Part shown: positions 62,761 to 64,000 of the stretch, piece after piece
Numbering within the stretch: the first letter of the stretch is position 1
Layout of the letters: every line of letters starts with the position of its first letter
Assembly (NCBI RefSeq): GCF_022539665.2
Contig: NC_081331.1
Coordinates: 14,012,001-14,076,000 of the forward strand
DNA: 64,000 nucleotides
Direction: 5' to 3'
Source of the DNA: Daphnia carinata
Lineage: Eukaryota
Position numbers and translations under genes: made by a program
The notes under the pieces: model-generated
Told to the model about the DNA's origin: nothing
What the model saw: the letters and a program-made list of their open reading frames with translations, nothing else
Databases searched by the model: none

Positions 62761-64000
62761 ATGTGGGGCCGGTTGTTTATTTTGTTAATAACAGGGAATT
62801 CATGGGCGGCAGCGTCTAAACGTTATCCAGAATTGAACGGTGCTCATTTAACGTTTGCAGTTTTTCACGTGAGTTCACCAGCAATGGTTCTATAACGCTT
62901 TAAATGACGTTTTAAAAGAATGGCAATTAAAACGTTTGCCTTTTCTGAACAATTAAAGAATCCCCCCTACGACGTTCTAACGTTAAGACCTGACGGGAAC
63001 TACTCCCACAAAGGCACCGGACCAACGTGGCAAAGGTGGCTTGCTAAAAAGCTGAACTTTACGTAAGTGTCGTTTTATTGATGAATTACGCCAATGAAAA
63101 TCAATCCATAAAGTCTTAATAAGTTATCTTTATCCCGTCAGTTTCTCCTACCGCTACGTTGTTCTCAATCAAACGACTATCGAAAAATACGGGGCGTCAA
63201 ATATCGAGTTCGGCCTTCGTCTAATAGCCGAGAAGGTAAGTATGCCAAAACCATGCTGCTTTTGGACTCAGTTGAATATTGACTTTTAGTAGCTACTCTC
63301 CCGGTGTTTTGCTAGTGAATCAAAACGACAAAGACTTAAAAACATTTTCTTTTCTTCAGGAAGTCGATGCATTCGTCAACGGACTGACTGCCACTCCAGA
63401 AAGGAAGAAAAAAGTCGATTTCTCGTACTTCATTTGGACGGAGCCGTACGCGATGGTGGTACCTAGACCAGGAGAAGAGCCTCGGCTCTTTGCATTTGTC
63501 CGGCCCTTTCAATCACTAGTGAGTCGATTACAGCACATTTCAATACACAGGGCATAAAAGGTGATTTATCGTTGTTAAACAAAAGATAATTCAATTTGTT
63601 GTTTTATTTTTCAAAGGTGTGGCTACTGATTTTGATAACGATGTTTGCCGTCGTGGGTTTCATGAGTTTCTTTTCAAAGTTTTCCCTGAAAATGGACAAC
63701 AACGTTGCTGGACATCGACGAGAGTCGGGGCAAACACAAACCATGACATTGTCCTTTTATGCCGGTTCTTACTTTATCTATGTTTTGAACATCGTAACCA
63801 ATCAAGGTACCATCCTCCCAGATCATTTCTAAGCCCTAAATCAAAGCATATAAACTCTAATTATTGGTGACATGTTTTCAACAGGAGGAAACGTGAATGC
63901 GACACGCCTTTCGTTCCGAATTCTTGTGGGTGTTTGGCTGCTCATCGCCACTGTATTGGTCAACAGTTATTCGGGCACCATAGTTTCGTACCTGACTGTA
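62761..64000 (+). CDS. Second divergent ionotropic receptor, truncated by the window end
   Basis: [89 protein letters not shown]. Intron positions match the upstream IR. Confidence 0.87.

Overview
Eukaryotic, intron-rich arthropod DNA. It is most likely a Daphnia-like cladoceran, inferred from ~60-100 nt GT-AG introns, an RR-1 cuticle gene expansion and divergent ionotropic receptors. Positions 1-50.6 kb hold a cluster of 23 three-exon Rebers-Riddiford (RR-1, chitin_bind_4) cuticular protein genes. Sixteen near-identical + strand genes (367-23636) are built from three promoter/intron types (A, B, C), and a near-identical ~7 kb block recurs ~12.0 kb downstream. These are followed by six divergent - strand genes (one of 773 aa) and one short + strand gene that the ORF track misses. 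After a ~5.8 kb stretch without recognisable genes come a VAT-1-like medium-chain reductase (- strand), a ~940 bp nested foldback repeat and two tandem divergent ionotropic receptor genes, the second cut by the window end. The most notable observations are: (1) duplicated copies have near-identical flanks but patchy divergence inside the chitin-binding exon, suggesting cassette-like gene conversion from donors outside the window; (2) two copies carry a CAGTAG tandem acceptor that selects between a stop codon and an intact protein; (3) one copy is frameshifted and one is chimeric; (4) CTCF-like motifs cluster at the right edge of the cuticle cluster. No rRNA, tRNA or CRISPR was seen. All comparisons were made by eye.
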